Source: Deferribacterales bacterium
GTDB taxonomy: Bacteria; Chrysiogenota; Deferribacteres; Deferribacterales; Geovibrionaceae
Assembly (NCBI GenBank): GCA_050251875.1
Contig: JBFWMA010000001.1
Location: 337,587 to 401,586, forward strand
Direction of reading: 5' to 3'
DNA: 64,000 nucleotides
How positions within the stretch are numbered: the stretch's first letter is position 1; each line of letters opens with the position of its first letter. Shown here piece by piece: positions 38,967 to 50,183 of the stretch. Under the pieces are notes generated by a model. That model had not been told where the DNA came from. It searched no databases and saw nothing but the letters and a program-made list of their open reading frames with translations. A program made the position numbers and the translations under genes.

Positions 38967-39656
38967 GTGATGGCGAAGAATAAGAAAGGATTTCTTAAAT
39001 TTATATTCGTTACAATACTGGCCGCCGGCACTGTTGGTGCCTCTGCGTACGGAATCAGCATTGGAAAGGAAGCGTTTCAGGACAGCTCATATTTCAGGGT
39101 CAAGGCTGTGAATGTGAAGGGACTGATAAAGGCTGACGGAAAGAAAGTAGAGAAGATGATAAAGAGCATGGTGGGTCAGAGCATTTTTGACGTAAACACC
39201 GCCTCTATCAACTATCAGGAAGACTCATGGGTGGAGCGCATGGAGATACGCAAGGTATTTCCGGACAAGCTGGACGTGGTGGTTTTCGAAAAACGCCCCG
39301 TGTTCAAGCTGAAATACACCAAAGGATGCTTCACAGCCACCAGTACAGGTCTGATGATAAAGGACTCATGCGATGGCGCCAGGATAAAAATGGACGCCGG
39401 AGTGAAGGAAGAGGACTTTAAAGAGTTCATCAAAATATATCAGAACGCTGAATATCTGAAAGACAGAGACATTGATCTGAAACAGTTCTATTTCACAATG
39501 AACGACAACGGAACAACTCTGATGGCGCCTTATAAGCAGGAAGATTTCAGCAGTCTGTACGGCACATATGAGCGTACAGTCAAAAAAAGATATAAAACTA
39601 TAGAATATGTAGATATGCGTATACCTGCAAAGATTTACGTTAAAGGGGTGATGTAA
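38967..39656 (+). CDS. ftsQ: Cell division protein FtsQ/DivIB
   Basis: TM segment plus POTRA-like WVE...IRKVFPDKL.V...E; C-terminal YVDMR; position in the cluster. Confidence 0.85.
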   Translation: MMAKNKKGFLKFIFVTILAAGTVGASAYGISIGKEAFQDSSYFRVKAVNVKGLIKADGKKVEKMIKSMVGQSIFDVNTASINYQEDSWVERMEIRKVFPDKLDVVVFEKRPVFKLKYTKGCFTATSTGLMIKDSCDGARIKMDAGVKEEDFKEFIKIYQNAEYLKDRDIDLKQFYFTMNDNGTTLMAPYKQEDFSSLYGTYERTVKKRYKTIEYVDMRIPAKIYVKGVM

Positions 39657-40894
39657 TGGCACAGGATAACATCTACGTTGGTCTTGATTTCGGCACGACC
39701 AAGATATGCGTAGTTGTTGCCAGCAAGAACAGCGATGGCAGCATAGACATTATCGGTCTGGGCAAAGCTCCCAGCGACGGCATCCGCAGAGGGGTCGTGG
39801 TGAACATAGATTCCACCGTGAACAGCATCAGAGACGCTATAGCGGAGGCGGAGCGCATGTCCGGCGTGCAGATAAAATCTGTTACGGCGGGAATAGCCGG
39901 CGGACACATAAAGAGCTTTAACCAGAGAGGAACCATCGCGGTGAAGGGCGGGCGTGAGATATCCCAGAAAGACGTGGAAAGGGTTATCGAGACAGCCGCC
40001 GCCACAAACATCACAGTGGGAAATGAGATTCTGGCGATCCTGCCCCAGCAGTTCATTCTGGATGGGCAGTCAGAGATCAAAGACCCGGTGGGAATGACAG
40101 GCGTGCGTCTGGAGGCGGATGTTCACATCATTACCGGTGCCGTGTCCAGCGCCCAGAATATCATCAAAAGTTGTGAAAAAGCCGGAATTATTGTTAATGA
40201 CATAGTTTTAGAGCAATTAGCGTCTTCAGAATCCGTTCTGAGTGACGATGAAAAAGAGATCGGTGTCTGCCTGATAGACGGCGGCGGCGGTACATCCGAC
40301 ATGGCTGTTTTTAAGCAGGGGGCTGTTTTTCACACAGCGGCGCTGCTTATCGGCGGCAGAAACTTTACCAAAGACCTCGCCATCGGGCTGAACACTCCCG
40401 AATCTGAGGCGGAAAAGCTGAAGGTGAAGAACGGATGCGTCTGGATGCCTCTGGTGGAAGAGGACGACAAGATAGAAGTGCCCACAGTGGGCGGACGTCC
40501 TCCCAGACTGGTGAGCAAAGCGACAGTGACACAGATTCTTCAGGCGAGAGCCGAAGAGGTGTTTCAGATATTTAAAGGCGAACTGCAATATAAAGGACTG
40601 CTGGATCATCTCGGCGCCGGAGTGGTTATCACAGGCGGACTGTCGAACCACGAGGGCATAGATCTTCTGGCGGCGGAGATACTGGGCGTTCCTGTGAGAG
40701 TGGGCAGACCCCATAATGTAGGCGGGCTGGCTGACTATGTTCAGGATCCTAAATACGCCACAGGCGTGGGACTGGCGCTGTGCGCCGCCAAGAAAGGACA
40801 TGTGTCCGGCGGAAAACAGCTGACAGGAAGCGATGAGAAACAGTTTACAAACGTTCTGGCAAGGATGAAAAGCTGGTTCGGTGAATTCTTTTAA
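39656..40894 (+). CDS. ftsA: Cell division protein FtsA
   Basis: GLDFGTTK, GVVITGG, YATGVGL, C-terminal amphipathic MKSWFGEFF. Confidence 0.98.
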   Translation: MAQDNIYVGLDFGTTKICVVVASKNSDGSIDIIGLGKAPSDGIRRGVVVNIDSTVNSIRDAIAEAERMSGVQIKSVTAGIAGGHIKSFNQRGTIAVKGGREISQKDVERVIETAAATNITVGNEILAILPQQFILDGQSEIKDPVGMTGVRLEADVHIITGAVSSAQNIIKSCEKAGIIVNDIVLEQLASSESVLSDDEKEIGVCLIDGGGGTSDMAVFKQGAVFHTAALLIGGRNFTKDLAIGLNTPESEAEKLKVKNGCVWMPLVEEDDKIEVPTVGGRPPRLVSKATVTQILQARAEEVFQIFKGELQYKGLLDHLGAGVVITGGLSNHEGIDLLAAEILGVPVRVGRPHNVGGLADYVQDPKYATGVGLALCAAKKGHVSGGKQLTGSDEKQFTNVLARMKSWFGEFF

Positions 40895-40901
40895 GGTAAT
40901 T

Positions 40902-40979
40902 GTTCCCCTCTTTTACAAAGAGGGGTTAGGGGAGATTTCTTAAAGAAATCCCTCCCGTCCTCCCTTTAATAAAGGGAGG
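40902..40979. repeat. Palindromic element between ftsA and ftsZ
   Basis: cccctcttt-tac-aaagagggg, then ggggagatttc...gaaatccctccc, then cctcccttt-aat-aaagggagg. Confidence 0.75.
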
Positions 40980-41043
40980 TGATAAAAAGTTTTTAATACA
41001 TAACGAGCAGTAAGGATAGAAAGAGCTTAAACAGGAGGATGAC

Positions 41044-42174
41044 ATGTTTGAATTTGCTCCATTAGCACAAAATGCGGTCATCAAGGTTGTCGGTGTCGGC
41101 GGAGCCGGCGGTAATGCCGTCAACAATATGATCAGGGCGGGGATAGCCGATGTAGAGTTTATCGCCGCTAACACAGACGCGCAGGCACTCGCGTCTAACC
41201 TCGCACCCGTAAAGATTCAGCTGGGAACAACAATCACCAGAGGTCTGGGAGCGGGCGGAGTTCCTGAAGTTGGAAAAAAATCAGCGATCGAGGATATGGA
41301 AGCCATCGAACAGCACCTTAGAGGCGCTGACCTCGTATTCGTCACAGCGGGAATGGGAGGCGGAACAGGCACAGGAGCCGCGCCCGTTATAGCCAGCATC
41401 GCAAAGGATCTGGGCGCTCTGACAGTGGCGGTGGTATCTAAACCTTTCGCTTTTGAAGGAAGAAAAAGAAACGATAACGCAGAGCAGGGTCTGAAATTCC
41501 TGAAAGACCATGTGGATACATATATCGTTGTACATAATGACAAAATAATGGATCAGTGCAAAGAGCAGACGCTCTTTGAAGAGGCGTTCAAGATGGCGGA
41601 CGATGTTCTGCGTCAGGGCGTTCAGGGTATCAGTGACGCCATCAATTCCAACGGTGTTGTGAACGTGGACTTCGCAGATATCCGCACCATCATGAGCAGC
41701 AAAGGCATGGCTCTGATGGGTATCGGAGCGGCAGAAGGAGAGAACAGAGACCTGATAGCCGCAGACCGCGCGCTGAGCTCACCTCTGATAACAGACGTGT
41801 CTATCGCCGGAGCGGAAGCACTGCTGCTGAACATCACATGCGGCAGAGATTTCAAAATGTTCGAGATGGACCGTATCGCCACCAAAATCTATGAAGCGGC
41901 TGGCGATGAGGCAAACATATTTAAAGGCGTGGTAGTGAGCGATGAGATAACCAACGGCGAACTGAGAGTAACCGTAGTCGCTACCGGTCTTGGTAAATCC
42001 CGTGAAAAAAAGCCGGTCGACCTTGAAAGTTTCGCCGAGAAAGCAAAGGTCGGAAGAGAGATAAAAAGTACACTCGGCTCAATAAGAAAAACTGACCACA
42101 GGTTAAAAACTCTGACTGATTTCAATGAGGAGGAGTCTGAACTCCCCGCATATCTCAGGAATCAGGCAGACTGA
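41044..42174 (+). CDS. ftsZ: Cell division GTPase FtsZ
   Basis: [36 protein letters not shown]. Confidence 0.99.
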   Translation: MFEFAPLAQNAVIKVVGVGGAGGNAVNNMIRAGIADVEFIAANTDAQALASNLAPVKIQLGTTITRGLGAGGVPEVGKKSAIEDMEAIEQHLRGADLVFVTAGMGGGTGTGAAPVIASIAKDLGALTVAVVSKPFAFEGRKRNDNAEQGLKFLKDHVDTYIVVHNDKIMDQCKEQTLFEEAFKMADDVLRQGVQGISDAINSNGVVNVDFADIRTIMSSKGMALMGIGAAEGENRDLIAADRALSSPLITDVSIAGAEALLLNITCGRDFKMFEMDRIATKIYEAAGDEANIFKGVVVSDEITNGELRVTVVATGLGKSREKKPVDLESFAEKAKVGREIKSTLGSIRKTDHRLKTLTDFNEEESELPAYLRNQAD

Positions 42175-42185
42175 GATAGTTTGAG

Positions 42186-43232
42186 GTGCGTATACTCAAC
42201 GTAGTAAATGTACGGTGGTATAACGCTACCGCCTGGTACGCCGTTTCGCTGTCGACAGCCCTGAAGTGCAAGGGGCACGATGTCGCTGTGTGCGGACTGC
42301 CGGGCTCACCTCCTGTCCTTAAAGCTCGTAGTGCCGGTCTCGATACATTCGAGGCCGGCATTAACACCTCCAACCCGTTCGGGGCGCTGGCGGTTATGGG
42401 GGCTATGGACAGGATAATGATGAGTTTTCAGCCGGAGGTCGTCATCTGCAACAGGGGCGAGTTTTTCTGGTATTTTGTGTGGAAGCGCATCACCAGACAG
42501 AATTTCAAACTGATAAGGGTGAGGGGCGACATAAGACCGCCGAAGGGCGGATTTTTTAACCGTCTGATGCACAACAAATGCACGGACGCCATAATATGTT
42601 CCGGCGAATTTATTAAAGAGAAATTCAAGTCGGTATTAAGAACTCCCGAATCAGCGCTGAACGTTCTTTACGGCGGGGTGGACACGGAAGTGTTCAAACA
42701 GTCTTCGTTCGCCAGAATAAAGATCAGAGACGAGTTCGGATACACGGACGAGCATTTCGTTGTCGGCATAGTGGGGCGTTTTGACCCTATCAAGGGACAC
42801 GATGTTCTGATAAAGGCTGTGGCGGAGCTCTATAAGCAGGGCAGAAAGAACATCAGGCTGCTGATAGCCGGGTTCGATGCCGTGAGCCGGACGGAAGAAG
42901 TGGAAAAGATGATAGCAGAAAATGAGCTGGGTGAGATAGTTACCATCACCGGATTTCGTGAGGATATTGCGGATATATACAATGCTTTTGATGTATGCGT
43001 TGTGTCTTCGCTGGGCTCAGAGGCTATATGCAGAGTGGGTATGGAGGCTATGGCGTGCGGAGTGCCGCTGATTACCTCCGACACCGGAGTTCTGCCGGAG
43101 ATATCGAAAAATGTATATGCCAAGCAGGACCCCATAGCGCTGGGAGAGTTTCTCAGGGATTTTGACAAAACGACCAAAATCTATTCTCTGAAAGAGTTCG
43201 CGGACGATTTCGAGAGGGTAGCGCAAATATAA
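42186..43232 (+). CDS. GT4 family glycosyltransferase
   Basis: VGRFDPIKGH, GFREDI, EAMACGVP. Confidence 0.9.
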   Translation: MRILNVVNVRWYNATAWYAVSLSTALKCKGHDVAVCGLPGSPPVLKARSAGLDTFEAGINTSNPFGALAVMGAMDRIMMSFQPEVVICNRGEFFWYFVWKRITRQNFKLIRVRGDIRPPKGGFFNRLMHNKCTDAIICSGEFIKEKFKSVLRTPESALNVLYGGVDTEVFKQSSFARIKIRDEFGYTDEHFVVGIVGRFDPIKGHDVLIKAVAELYKQGRKNIRLLIAGFDAVSRTEEVEKMIAENELGEIVTITGFREDIADIYNAFDVCVVSSLGSEAICRVGMEAMACGVPLITSDTGVLPEISKNVYAKQDPIALGEFLRDFDKTTKIYSLKEFADDFERVAQI

Positions 43233-43334
43233 AAAGCCCCGCAATGGCAGTACGGGGCGTTTTTTGGGTGAAGTACAGGGAAGTACTTCGGCAGTTATGT
43301 GATGTAAAACCGACAGGGAGGTGGGTTTTACATC
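43233..43334. terminator. Terminator plus REP-like hairpins between convergent genes
   Basis: gccccg...cggggc-gT7; aagtaCAGGGAAGtactt; gatgtaaaacc...ggttttacatc. Confidence 0.7.
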
Positions 43335-43405
43335 GGCTAAAAGAAGAGTTACGGGTACGTGTATCGCAATTTAAAGCCCTACAGGAGCTTTAGCCTTATT
43401 TCCCA

Positions 43406-44527
43406 TCAAAAACAGAGAATGTCTGTTCCAATCTCATAAGTCTTGTTGTCTTTCGTTGTAAGAATCCTCATATCGGTCAGTTTTTTCAGGTCTCGTCTCG
43501 CAGTCTGTTCGGTCACTTTGCCGTAAAGGTAGGAGAAGGGCTTTTCTGTGTGCAGAGTCGCCAGAGTGATTCCTCTGTTCTCATCCATCATCAGCAGAAT
43601 AAGGTCGTGCTGGCGCTGATTCATATCGCCGTCCTCTTTCAGGATACAGAGATATTCTCTCATAGTCAGATCATAAAGATATCCGTACACACGGTTTTTC
43701 AGCTCATCCAGAGATGCGTTAACCGCTTCCAGAACAAATTTTATAAAAGCTGTGATATCTTTTTTACCTTTTCTTCCGGAAGTGAATGTTTTGAAATAGG
43801 TGTCTATGTGGCGGTAGTAGTGGTTTGACAGCATCTTTGCCACATGCTTCACATTGGCGCTGTGGAGTATGTGCGCCTCCAGCAGTCTGGCTGTTCTGCC
43901 GTTACCCACGAAGAAGGGGTGGATCATGGAAAGCTGATAGTGTGCCAGCGCCGCGCGGATGTAGGGAGATGCGTTCAGCATCTCTTCTGAGTTGATCCAT
44001 TCTATGAACTGCGCCATGTGCAGATCGATTCCCTTCACCGGAGGTCTGTATACTCCTCCCATCTCCTCTGATCCGACTTTTATCAGTTTGTTTCTGTACT
44101 GTCCGGGTGTGCTTCCGTTTATGTCTATTCCTGTGGTGAGTGTCTGGTGGAGTGATCTGATGAAGTCTTCGGTGACAATAAGGGGCGATCCGTCTGTTTC
44201 TGTGCTGTCGAGCTGGTTATATGCTTTTATGAGGTTGGCAATCTCGGTCTTTTGGTTAGCGGAGTAGTTTTTTCCGTGTTTTGTGATGATCATTGTGCGG
44301 ATATCATCCTCTGAAAATGCATTTCCTTCCAGAGAAGCCGTGCCCGAGATGGACAGAACTGCTATATCCGTGTCCATTTCTGACGCCTGCTGGGGCAGCA
44401 TCGGTATATCCGATATGGTGTTGTTTAGTATAGATGCTCTGGTAAGTAATTCCTGTAATTCTGAAATATCATAACTTTCAGCCAGTGAGAACCCCTTGTT
44501 TGAAACCGCCACTCTTTTACCAACCAT
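43406..44527 (-). CDS. Fic domain protein with C-terminal winged HTH
   Basis: TASLEGN inhibitory helix, PGQYR, HPFFVGNGRTAR, TARRDLKKL. Confidence 0.92.
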   Translation of the reverse strand: MVGKRVAVSNKGFSLAESYDISELQELLTRASILNNTISDIPMLPQQASEMDTDIAVLSISGTASLEGNAFSEDDIRTMIITKHGKNYSANQKTEIANLIKAYNQLDSTETDGSPLIVTEDFIRSLHQTLTTGIDINGSTPGQYRNKLIKVGSEEMGGVYRPPVKGIDLHMAQFIEWINSEEMLNASPYIRAALAHYQLSMIHPFFVGNGRTARLLEAHILHSANVKHVAKMLSNHYYRHIDTYFKTFTSGRKGKKDITAFIKFVLEAVNASLDELKNRVYGYLYDLTMREYLCILKEDGDMNQRQHDLILLMMDENRGITLATLHTEKPFSYLYGKVTEQTARRDLKKLTDMRILTTKDNKTYEIGTDILCF

Positions 44528-44847
44528 ATGTAACCCCTTTTGAACTTTAAAAAGTAAAACTTAAATTCATCAACCACAGTTATTTATATACCACTATCCG
44601 AAATAGATGTAAAGTAATTTTACATATAAAATGTAAATAAAAATGTAAAATATTGCGTCAGGTATTATCTTGTTTTATCAGGTTGTTATGATTTTGGGAG
44701 CTGTGTGGTGATAAGTAAAATGTAAGAAAAGCGGTCTGGCAGGATGTAAAGTTTTTTGTAAAAATGCCGAAGGCGAAAAAAATCGGTGATTCTGAAAATT
44801 AGTTATTGATTATCTGACAATTCTAAGTATAATGTCGCTTCCATTGC

Positions 44848-44920
<73 letters not shown>

Positions 44921-44930
44921 TCCGCATAAG

Positions 44931-44961
44931 AAAAAGGGAAGCAGGACGCTTCCCTTTTTTT
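44931..44961 (+). terminator. Terminator after the tRNA
   Basis: aaaaagggaagc-aggac-gcttcccttttttt. Confidence 0.9.
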
Positions 44962-45045
44962 GTCTGTTGACTGCATGTGATATAATCTACTAAATACTTT
45001 CTAATATCTTTTAATAGGCTGATCTTTTAAGTCTAAGGAGCTTAA

Positions 45046-45786
45046 ATGCGTAAAATTATTCTTCCGCTGATGATTGTTTTCGTGTCCGCTGTATGTTTTG
45101 CCGGAGCTCCTTCCGAGCGGGAGCTGGCTGTCTTTACTGCGCAGAAATATAAGACGGATTATTTCAAACAGACCCAGAAATCTAAAGAGGATATAGCCAG
45201 AGAATACTCCATGATCTCGGCTCTGGCTCCCGGTCTGATAGAGACTGGTCTGAAGGATGATCCGGATTACAAAGTTGCCTCTAACACCATTGCTTTTGAA
45301 ATATGGGCAAAGAAATATACTGACGGTCTGAATATAACTGATGACGTTCTGAAGAAAATCTATGATTCGAAAGAGTTTAAGCTGGATGCGGCATATAATA
45401 TCCGTAATATTCTGGTGAAGGATTCAAAATCTGCTGACAAAATAATCGCTGCTGTTTCCGCAGTGAAAAATCCTGCTAAAAGAATGGCAAAATTCGCTGA
45501 GCTGGCTCAGTCTGAATCAGATGATTTTATCACGAGGAACAGAGGCGGTTCTGCCGGATGGATGGATATCAGTAAGATGGAGCCGTCCTTTCAGGAGATT
45601 CTGAAAAACAAAAAAGCCGGAGATCTGCTGAAACAGCAGGCTGGCGACAGAGGATGGCAGGTTGTTTATCTGGAAGATTTCAGACCTGCCAGAAAAGCTA
45701 CATTCGAAGAGGTCAGATCGGTTCTGGTGAATGTGGTGAAACAGGCGGAGCTTTCTAAAAAGATTCAGTCGCTTCTTTCAAAGTAA
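45046..45786 (+). CDS. Exported parvulin (PpiC-type) peptidyl-prolyl isomerase/chaperone
   Basis: Signal peptide; NILVKD...A, FAELAQSES, GGSAGW, TFEEVR. Confidence 0.85.
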   Translation: MRKIILPLMIVFVSAVCFAGAPSERELAVFTAQKYKTDYFKQTQKSKEDIAREYSMISALAPGLIETGLKDDPDYKVASNTIAFEIWAKKYTDGLNITDDVLKKIYDSKEFKLDAAYNIRNILVKDSKSADKIIAAVSAVKNPAKRMAKFAELAQSESDDFITRNRGGSAGWMDISKMEPSFQEILKNKKAGDLLKQQAGDRGWQVVYLEDFRPARKATFEEVRSVLVNVVKQAELSKKIQSLLSK

Positions 45787-45824
45787 ATTGATTGCCTAAG
45801 TATACAAACTTTAAGCATACTCAC

Positions 45825-45852
45825 AGCCCCGGTTGCTACGGGGCTTTTTTTA
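45825..45852 (+). terminator. Intrinsic terminator homologous to the autotransporter terminators
   Basis: agccccg-gttgcta-cggggct followed by a T run. Confidence 0.85.
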
Positions 45853-46008
45853 TTAATAACTTAATACCGTGTAAAGCAATGCTTCATGTGTAGAATATGC
45901 CGTTAACAGGTATTTATACCCATTGTACATATAATTAGCGACTTGAATTATTTAATATTTGATGAGAATATGTGAATATTGGGGTTATCTTATATTCTTG
46001 GGGGTTTT

Positions 46009-49000
46009 ATGCGAAAGCTGGTTCTGGTTGCTTTAATGTTTTTGACGTGTGTGGTGTCTTATGCCATGGCTCCTCTGGTTGATGTTGGTTCGGCCTTGTC
46101 TGAAAACTCTACTGACGCTACGGGTGCCGGTTATGACATATCATCCGATGGTACTATTTATGGTATTTATGTAGGTGACGGCGGCAGAATCCTTGATTTT
46201 ACCAACAACGGTACTGTCGATTTGACAAGGGATCATTACGATTCTAACGGAACTGACGTCTATACCTATGGTTTGTATTTTGACAGTCAGACCGGAGTGT
46301 CTCTTGTCAACAATGCCGGGATTACTCTGCGGTATACGGTTGATCTAGGTGGAGGGCTTGTTTATTCCGGCTATCAGGTCGGAATATATGACGCCACTTT
46401 GTCAGGTAATCTTACTAACTATGGCACTATCGATATTACAACGTCTTATACCGGTGCCGGTGCACAGTTGAATCAATCAGATATTTACGGAATACAATTA
46501 ACAGAGAACTTCGGCACTCTTATCTCTTCCGGAGGAATATATATTCAGGGAGAAACCTTGCCGACAGCCATGCAAACTATGTCGGTGCAGTTCAGTGATA
46601 TGTATGGAATATATAACAACGGCAACACCATAGACAGTGTGTCTGTAAATAATGATATATATCTCGGTTTTGCATATAATTCAGTTGCGACAGGCACTGT
46701 CTCTGTAAGCAATGTCTCCGGAGTGGAGTATGACGGCGGATCAGCTTTTACCAATTCGGCAAATGGCGATATAGAGAGTTATTTTTCCACCACAGGCTCT
46801 GTTATCACGCAAAATTTGTCTGTAGGCAGCATATCCGGTGTTAATATAACAGGCAGTCTGTCTGGAGCTTTCGCCAATAACGGAATCATCAGTTCAGCTT
46901 TTTCCATAGATTCTCCCGATTTTCAAAACCACAGTAATATCTCAGTATCCAGTATTGAGGGCGCCTTGGTTTACGGTGCTGCCTCAATTACCAATACGAA
47001 CGAAATATCTGTCAGCGGCAGTATTTTAAATACAGACACTGCACAATATCCGACGTCTATAGGTGTTTCCGGTGTATATGGACTGTATGTCGGCTCAGAC
47101 GGTGCAGGCACTGTTTCAAACTCAGGCGATATCTCAGCCGCATTAACTGTTGAAGACAGTACAGCCGGATACGCATCTTTATCTGATATTTACGGCGCAT
47201 ATGTAGACGGCAACGTGACCACCGCCTTTACAAACATAAACGGCGGAACTATCTCATCATCTGTAACATTTGACAACACAGATCTGAACGGCGATGACTC
47301 CGGACGCACTCTGGCCGCAGAGAATGTGTACGGTGTTTTTCTGGCAGGTGATACGGCTTCTTTCGTAAACAATGGAACCATCTCATCCGGTCTCACTGTT
47401 CGGGGAGCGTCAGGCAATAATGTTGTCTTACACGCAGAGCTGTACACCGATAATGTTGTCGGTGCACATATTGAGACTGGTACTTCAATTGTCAATTCGG
47501 GCTCCATCACATCAGACACTGTGCTCAGCTATATCGATGCAGGTGCTGTGAACCTGAATGGGGCTTATGCTTTATTGAATTACAGCGGCATAGATTCTTT
47601 TACAAACCTATCGGGAACAATCAGAGCCAAAAACTCTTTAACAGGTGTTACCACCACAAGCGATATGGTTATAGACACTGTCGAAGGCGCTGTTCTTCAG
47701 GATGTTACTTCTTTTAGAAACTTTGGCACTATCACAGCCTATAACAGCTTAAGCAATGTATCAGTCGGAGGCGATTTATCTCTGGACACAGTATACGGCG
47801 CAATAGCAAACAATAACAACAAGGTGCTTGATTTCAGAAACGATTCAGTAATAAGCGGTTACAATATCCTGAACACTGTACATTCAGACGGCGACATGAA
47901 AGCAGACGCTTTTTACGGTCTCGGGTTATATTATCTGGATACTTTCGCCAACACAGGCACAATATCCGCTTCGTTCACTGCCAGCAACATCACATCGGAC
48001 GGGGTTGTTGAGATAACTGACGGTTACGGTTTAGAGACAGCCGATATGAACTCTTTTACCAACAGCGGAACAGTATCCACTTCTGTCGGTATCAGCACAG
48101 GTTCTTCAGTCGGCAGACTGTATATAGATTACTTCTACGGCGCATATCTGGGAGCGATACCCACTTTTACCAATGACGGAACAATGTCTGCCTCTGTAAA
48201 TATATCTGATTTTGATTCTAGCGATGAAATAGATATATATAGTGTCTATGCACTCTTTGCAGACGGTCAGATAAACTCTTTCACCAACAATCAGAATATC
48301 AGGGTTTCAGTCAGTGTATCAGACAGTACGGCTGATCTTCTTTATATCAGCGGACTGTACGGTATCTACTATAACGACACTGTCGCAAGCATAGACAACA
48401 ACGGAAGCATAAGCGTGTCTTTGTCTGATACAGACGGTACATACGGCAGCACATCTTATGTAGGAAGTGTTTACGCATTATATTCTTATGAAGTGACAGA
48501 TATGACAAACGATGGAACAATATCCGTTTCAGTCGCCTCTGATTCAGAAACAGAATTTCGTGATATCAGCGCTGCATATCTGTACCAAATAGATAATTTC
48601 ACCAACAACGGAGACATCCGTCTGACAGTCAACGGAGCATCAGGGTCAACGACTGATACTGTTTCCGCTATGGAAGCAAACAGCTCAACCATCACTATCA
48701 ACAACCCCGGCGAAGTCTACATCGAAAGCAACTTTGCAGACGCAGACATCAGAACTCTCCGTGTTGTCAACTCTGATGCAACCTTCGGCGATTATTTCAC
48801 CATAGCGGCGGGCGGTTTCGAGGGTTCAGAGAACGTGGGCGCTATATATGTTGATTCCCATTCAAGTCTTGATATTAATAACGCCATCCTCGGCGTGACA
48901 ATGAACAGCCACCTCGCTCTGAATACTGCATATAAAGTGATAGAGAATGACAACGGAATAGTGGACGGTACATTCAGCGGTCTGAGACCCTTTACCAACG

Positions 49001-50145
49001 CAGACTATACTCTGGCATGGGCAACCAGCGAGAGGGGCGAGGACGCTGAAGTAACCATCAGCTACGATCCCAAAGAATCAGCACCCGCACACACAGTGGC
49101 AAGCGTTGCTGGAGCGATGGGCGTTGTGTCTAACCTGTTCTCCGGCAGAGCGCTTTCCGGCAGTTTCTTCTCCGGCGGAGGCGCAGGAGGCGGAGCAGGC
49201 GGAGGTTTCGGCGGATTCTCAGGTTTCTCAGGCGATGTTTCATACCTCGGCGCTTCAGACATCCTTCTGGCAGATTCCGGCGAGATAGCCACAGACGCAG
49301 GGCTTTCATATGTCCCCGCTAAGAAGAAATCATCCGTATTCGCATTCCCCTTTTACTCTAAACAGTCAGGGGACGGATATGATTCAAAAACATCCGGTAT
49401 GGGTGTGGGCTTTGCACGCAGGTTTATGGACGGCGTGACAGGCACAGCCTATCTCGGCAGGATGTCTACCGATACAGATTACGATTCAGCATCTATGGAC
49501 AAAACAGAGTCAGACTCCACATTCCTCGGTGCTGCTCTTAACTATGATAAAGGCATTTATGCCAGCGCCTCTCTGATAGGCTTCATGACAGACAACAACT
49601 ATGAAGGCTACAACGGTGCAGACAACGAGTTCAGCGAATCAGCCGATTACTCATCAAAGGGTATGCAGATGGAACTGACAGGCGGTTACAGCTTTAAACT
49701 GGCTCAGGGCGTGAGAGTAGTACCCTTCGGCGGTCTGTCTCTCAGCTACTACGATATGGATGCCTACAACACAGACGTTGCAGGCACAGCCAACGATGCC
49801 TACAACACTTACTACGATTCATACTCCGACTGGGATACCAGCCTTATAGCAGGCGTTTCAGCCGAGAAGAACATCAAACTGGCAAGCGGAGCTCTTAAAG
49901 TGTTCGGTCAGTACAGATATGATATAGCTATAGGCAACAACGACATAGTTATCAACCAGTCAGTACCCGGTCTTAACACAGGCGACCTGAGTGTTGAGCA
50001 GTCAGTGGACAACGGCACCCATAAACTGGGTCTGGGCACTGAGTTCAGCAAAGTGAACTGGTATACATCAGCATACGGCGAATACTCAGCCAACGCAGAC
50101 TACGACTCCATGAGCTTCAAACTCACCGCAGGATACAAATTCTAA
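46009..50145 (+). CDS. Autotransporter/adhesin 1 (beta-helix passenger, C-terminal barrel)
   Basis: Signal peptide MRKLVLVALMFLTC; repeated F.N.G.I units; barrel ending FKLTAGYKF; start reassigned to 46009. Confidence 0.88.
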   Translation: MRKLVLVALMFLTCVVSYAMAPLVDVGSALSENSTDATGAGYDISSDGTIYGIYVGDGGRILDFTNNGTVDLTRDHYDSNGTDVYTYGLYFDSQTGVSLVNNAGITLRYTVDLGGGLVYSGYQVGIYDATLSGNLTNYGTIDITTSYTGAGAQLNQSDIYGIQLTENFGTLISSGGIYIQGETLPTAMQTMSVQFSDMYGIYNNGNTIDSVSVNNDIYLGFAYNSVATGTVSVSNVSGVEYDGGSAFTNSANGDIESYFSTTGSVITQNLSVGSISGVNITGSLSGAFANNGIISSAFSIDSPDFQNHSNISVSSIEGALVYGAASITNTNEISVSGSILNTDTAQYPTSIGVSGVYGLYVGSDGAGTVSNSGDISAALTVEDSTAGYASLSDIYGAYVDGNVTTAFTNINGGTISSSVTFDNTDLNGDDSGRTLAAENVYGVFLAGDTASFVNNGTISSGLTVRGASGNNVVLHAELYTDNVVGAHIETGTSIVNSGSITSDTVLSYIDAGAVNLNGAYALLNYSGIDSFTNLSGTIRAKNSLTGVTTTSDMVIDTVEGAVLQDVTSFRNFGTITAYNSLSNVSVGGDLSLDTVYGAIANNNNKVLDFRNDSVISGYNILNTVHSDGDMKADAFYGLGLYYLDTFANTGTISASFTASNITSDGVVEITDGYGLETADMNSFTNSGTVSTSVGISTGSSVGRLYIDYFYGAYLGAIPTFTNDGTMSASVNISDFDSSDEIDIYSVYALFADGQINSFTNNQNIRVSVSVSDSTADLLYISGLYGIYYNDTVASIDNNGSISVSLSDTDGTYGSTSYVGSVYALYSYEVTDMTNDGTISVSVASDSETEFRDISAAYLYQIDNFTNNGDIRLTVNGASGSTTDTVSAMEANSSTITINNPGEVYIESNFADADIRTLRVVNSDATFGDYFTIAAGGFEGSENVGAIYVDSHSSLDINNAILGVTMNSHLALNTAYKVIENDNGIVDGTFSGLRPFTNADYTLAWATSERGEDAEVTISYDPKESAPAHTVASVAGAMGVVSNLFSGRALSGSFFSGGGAGGGAGGGFGGFSGFSGDVSYLGASDILLADSGEIATDAGLSYVPAKKKSSVFAFPFYSKQSGDGYDSKTSGMGVGFARRFMDGVTGTAYLGRMSTDTDYDSASMDKTESDSTFLGAALNYDKGIYASASLIGFMTDNNYEGYNGADNEFSESADYSSKGMQMELTGGYSFKLAQGVRVVPFGGLSLSYYDMDAYNTDVAGTANDAYNTYYDSYSDWDTSLIAGVSAEKNIKLASGALKVFGQYRYDIAIGNNDIVINQSVPGLNTGDLSVEQSVDNGTHKLGLGTEFSKVNWYTSAYGEYSANADYDSMSFKLTAGYKF

Positions 50146-50154
50146 ACATCCTCA

Positions 50155-50183
50155 CAGCCCCGGTTAACGCCGGGGCTTTTTTT
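50155..50183 (+). terminator. Intrinsic terminator
   Basis: agccccgg-ttaacg-ccggggct followed by a T run. Confidence 0.9.
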
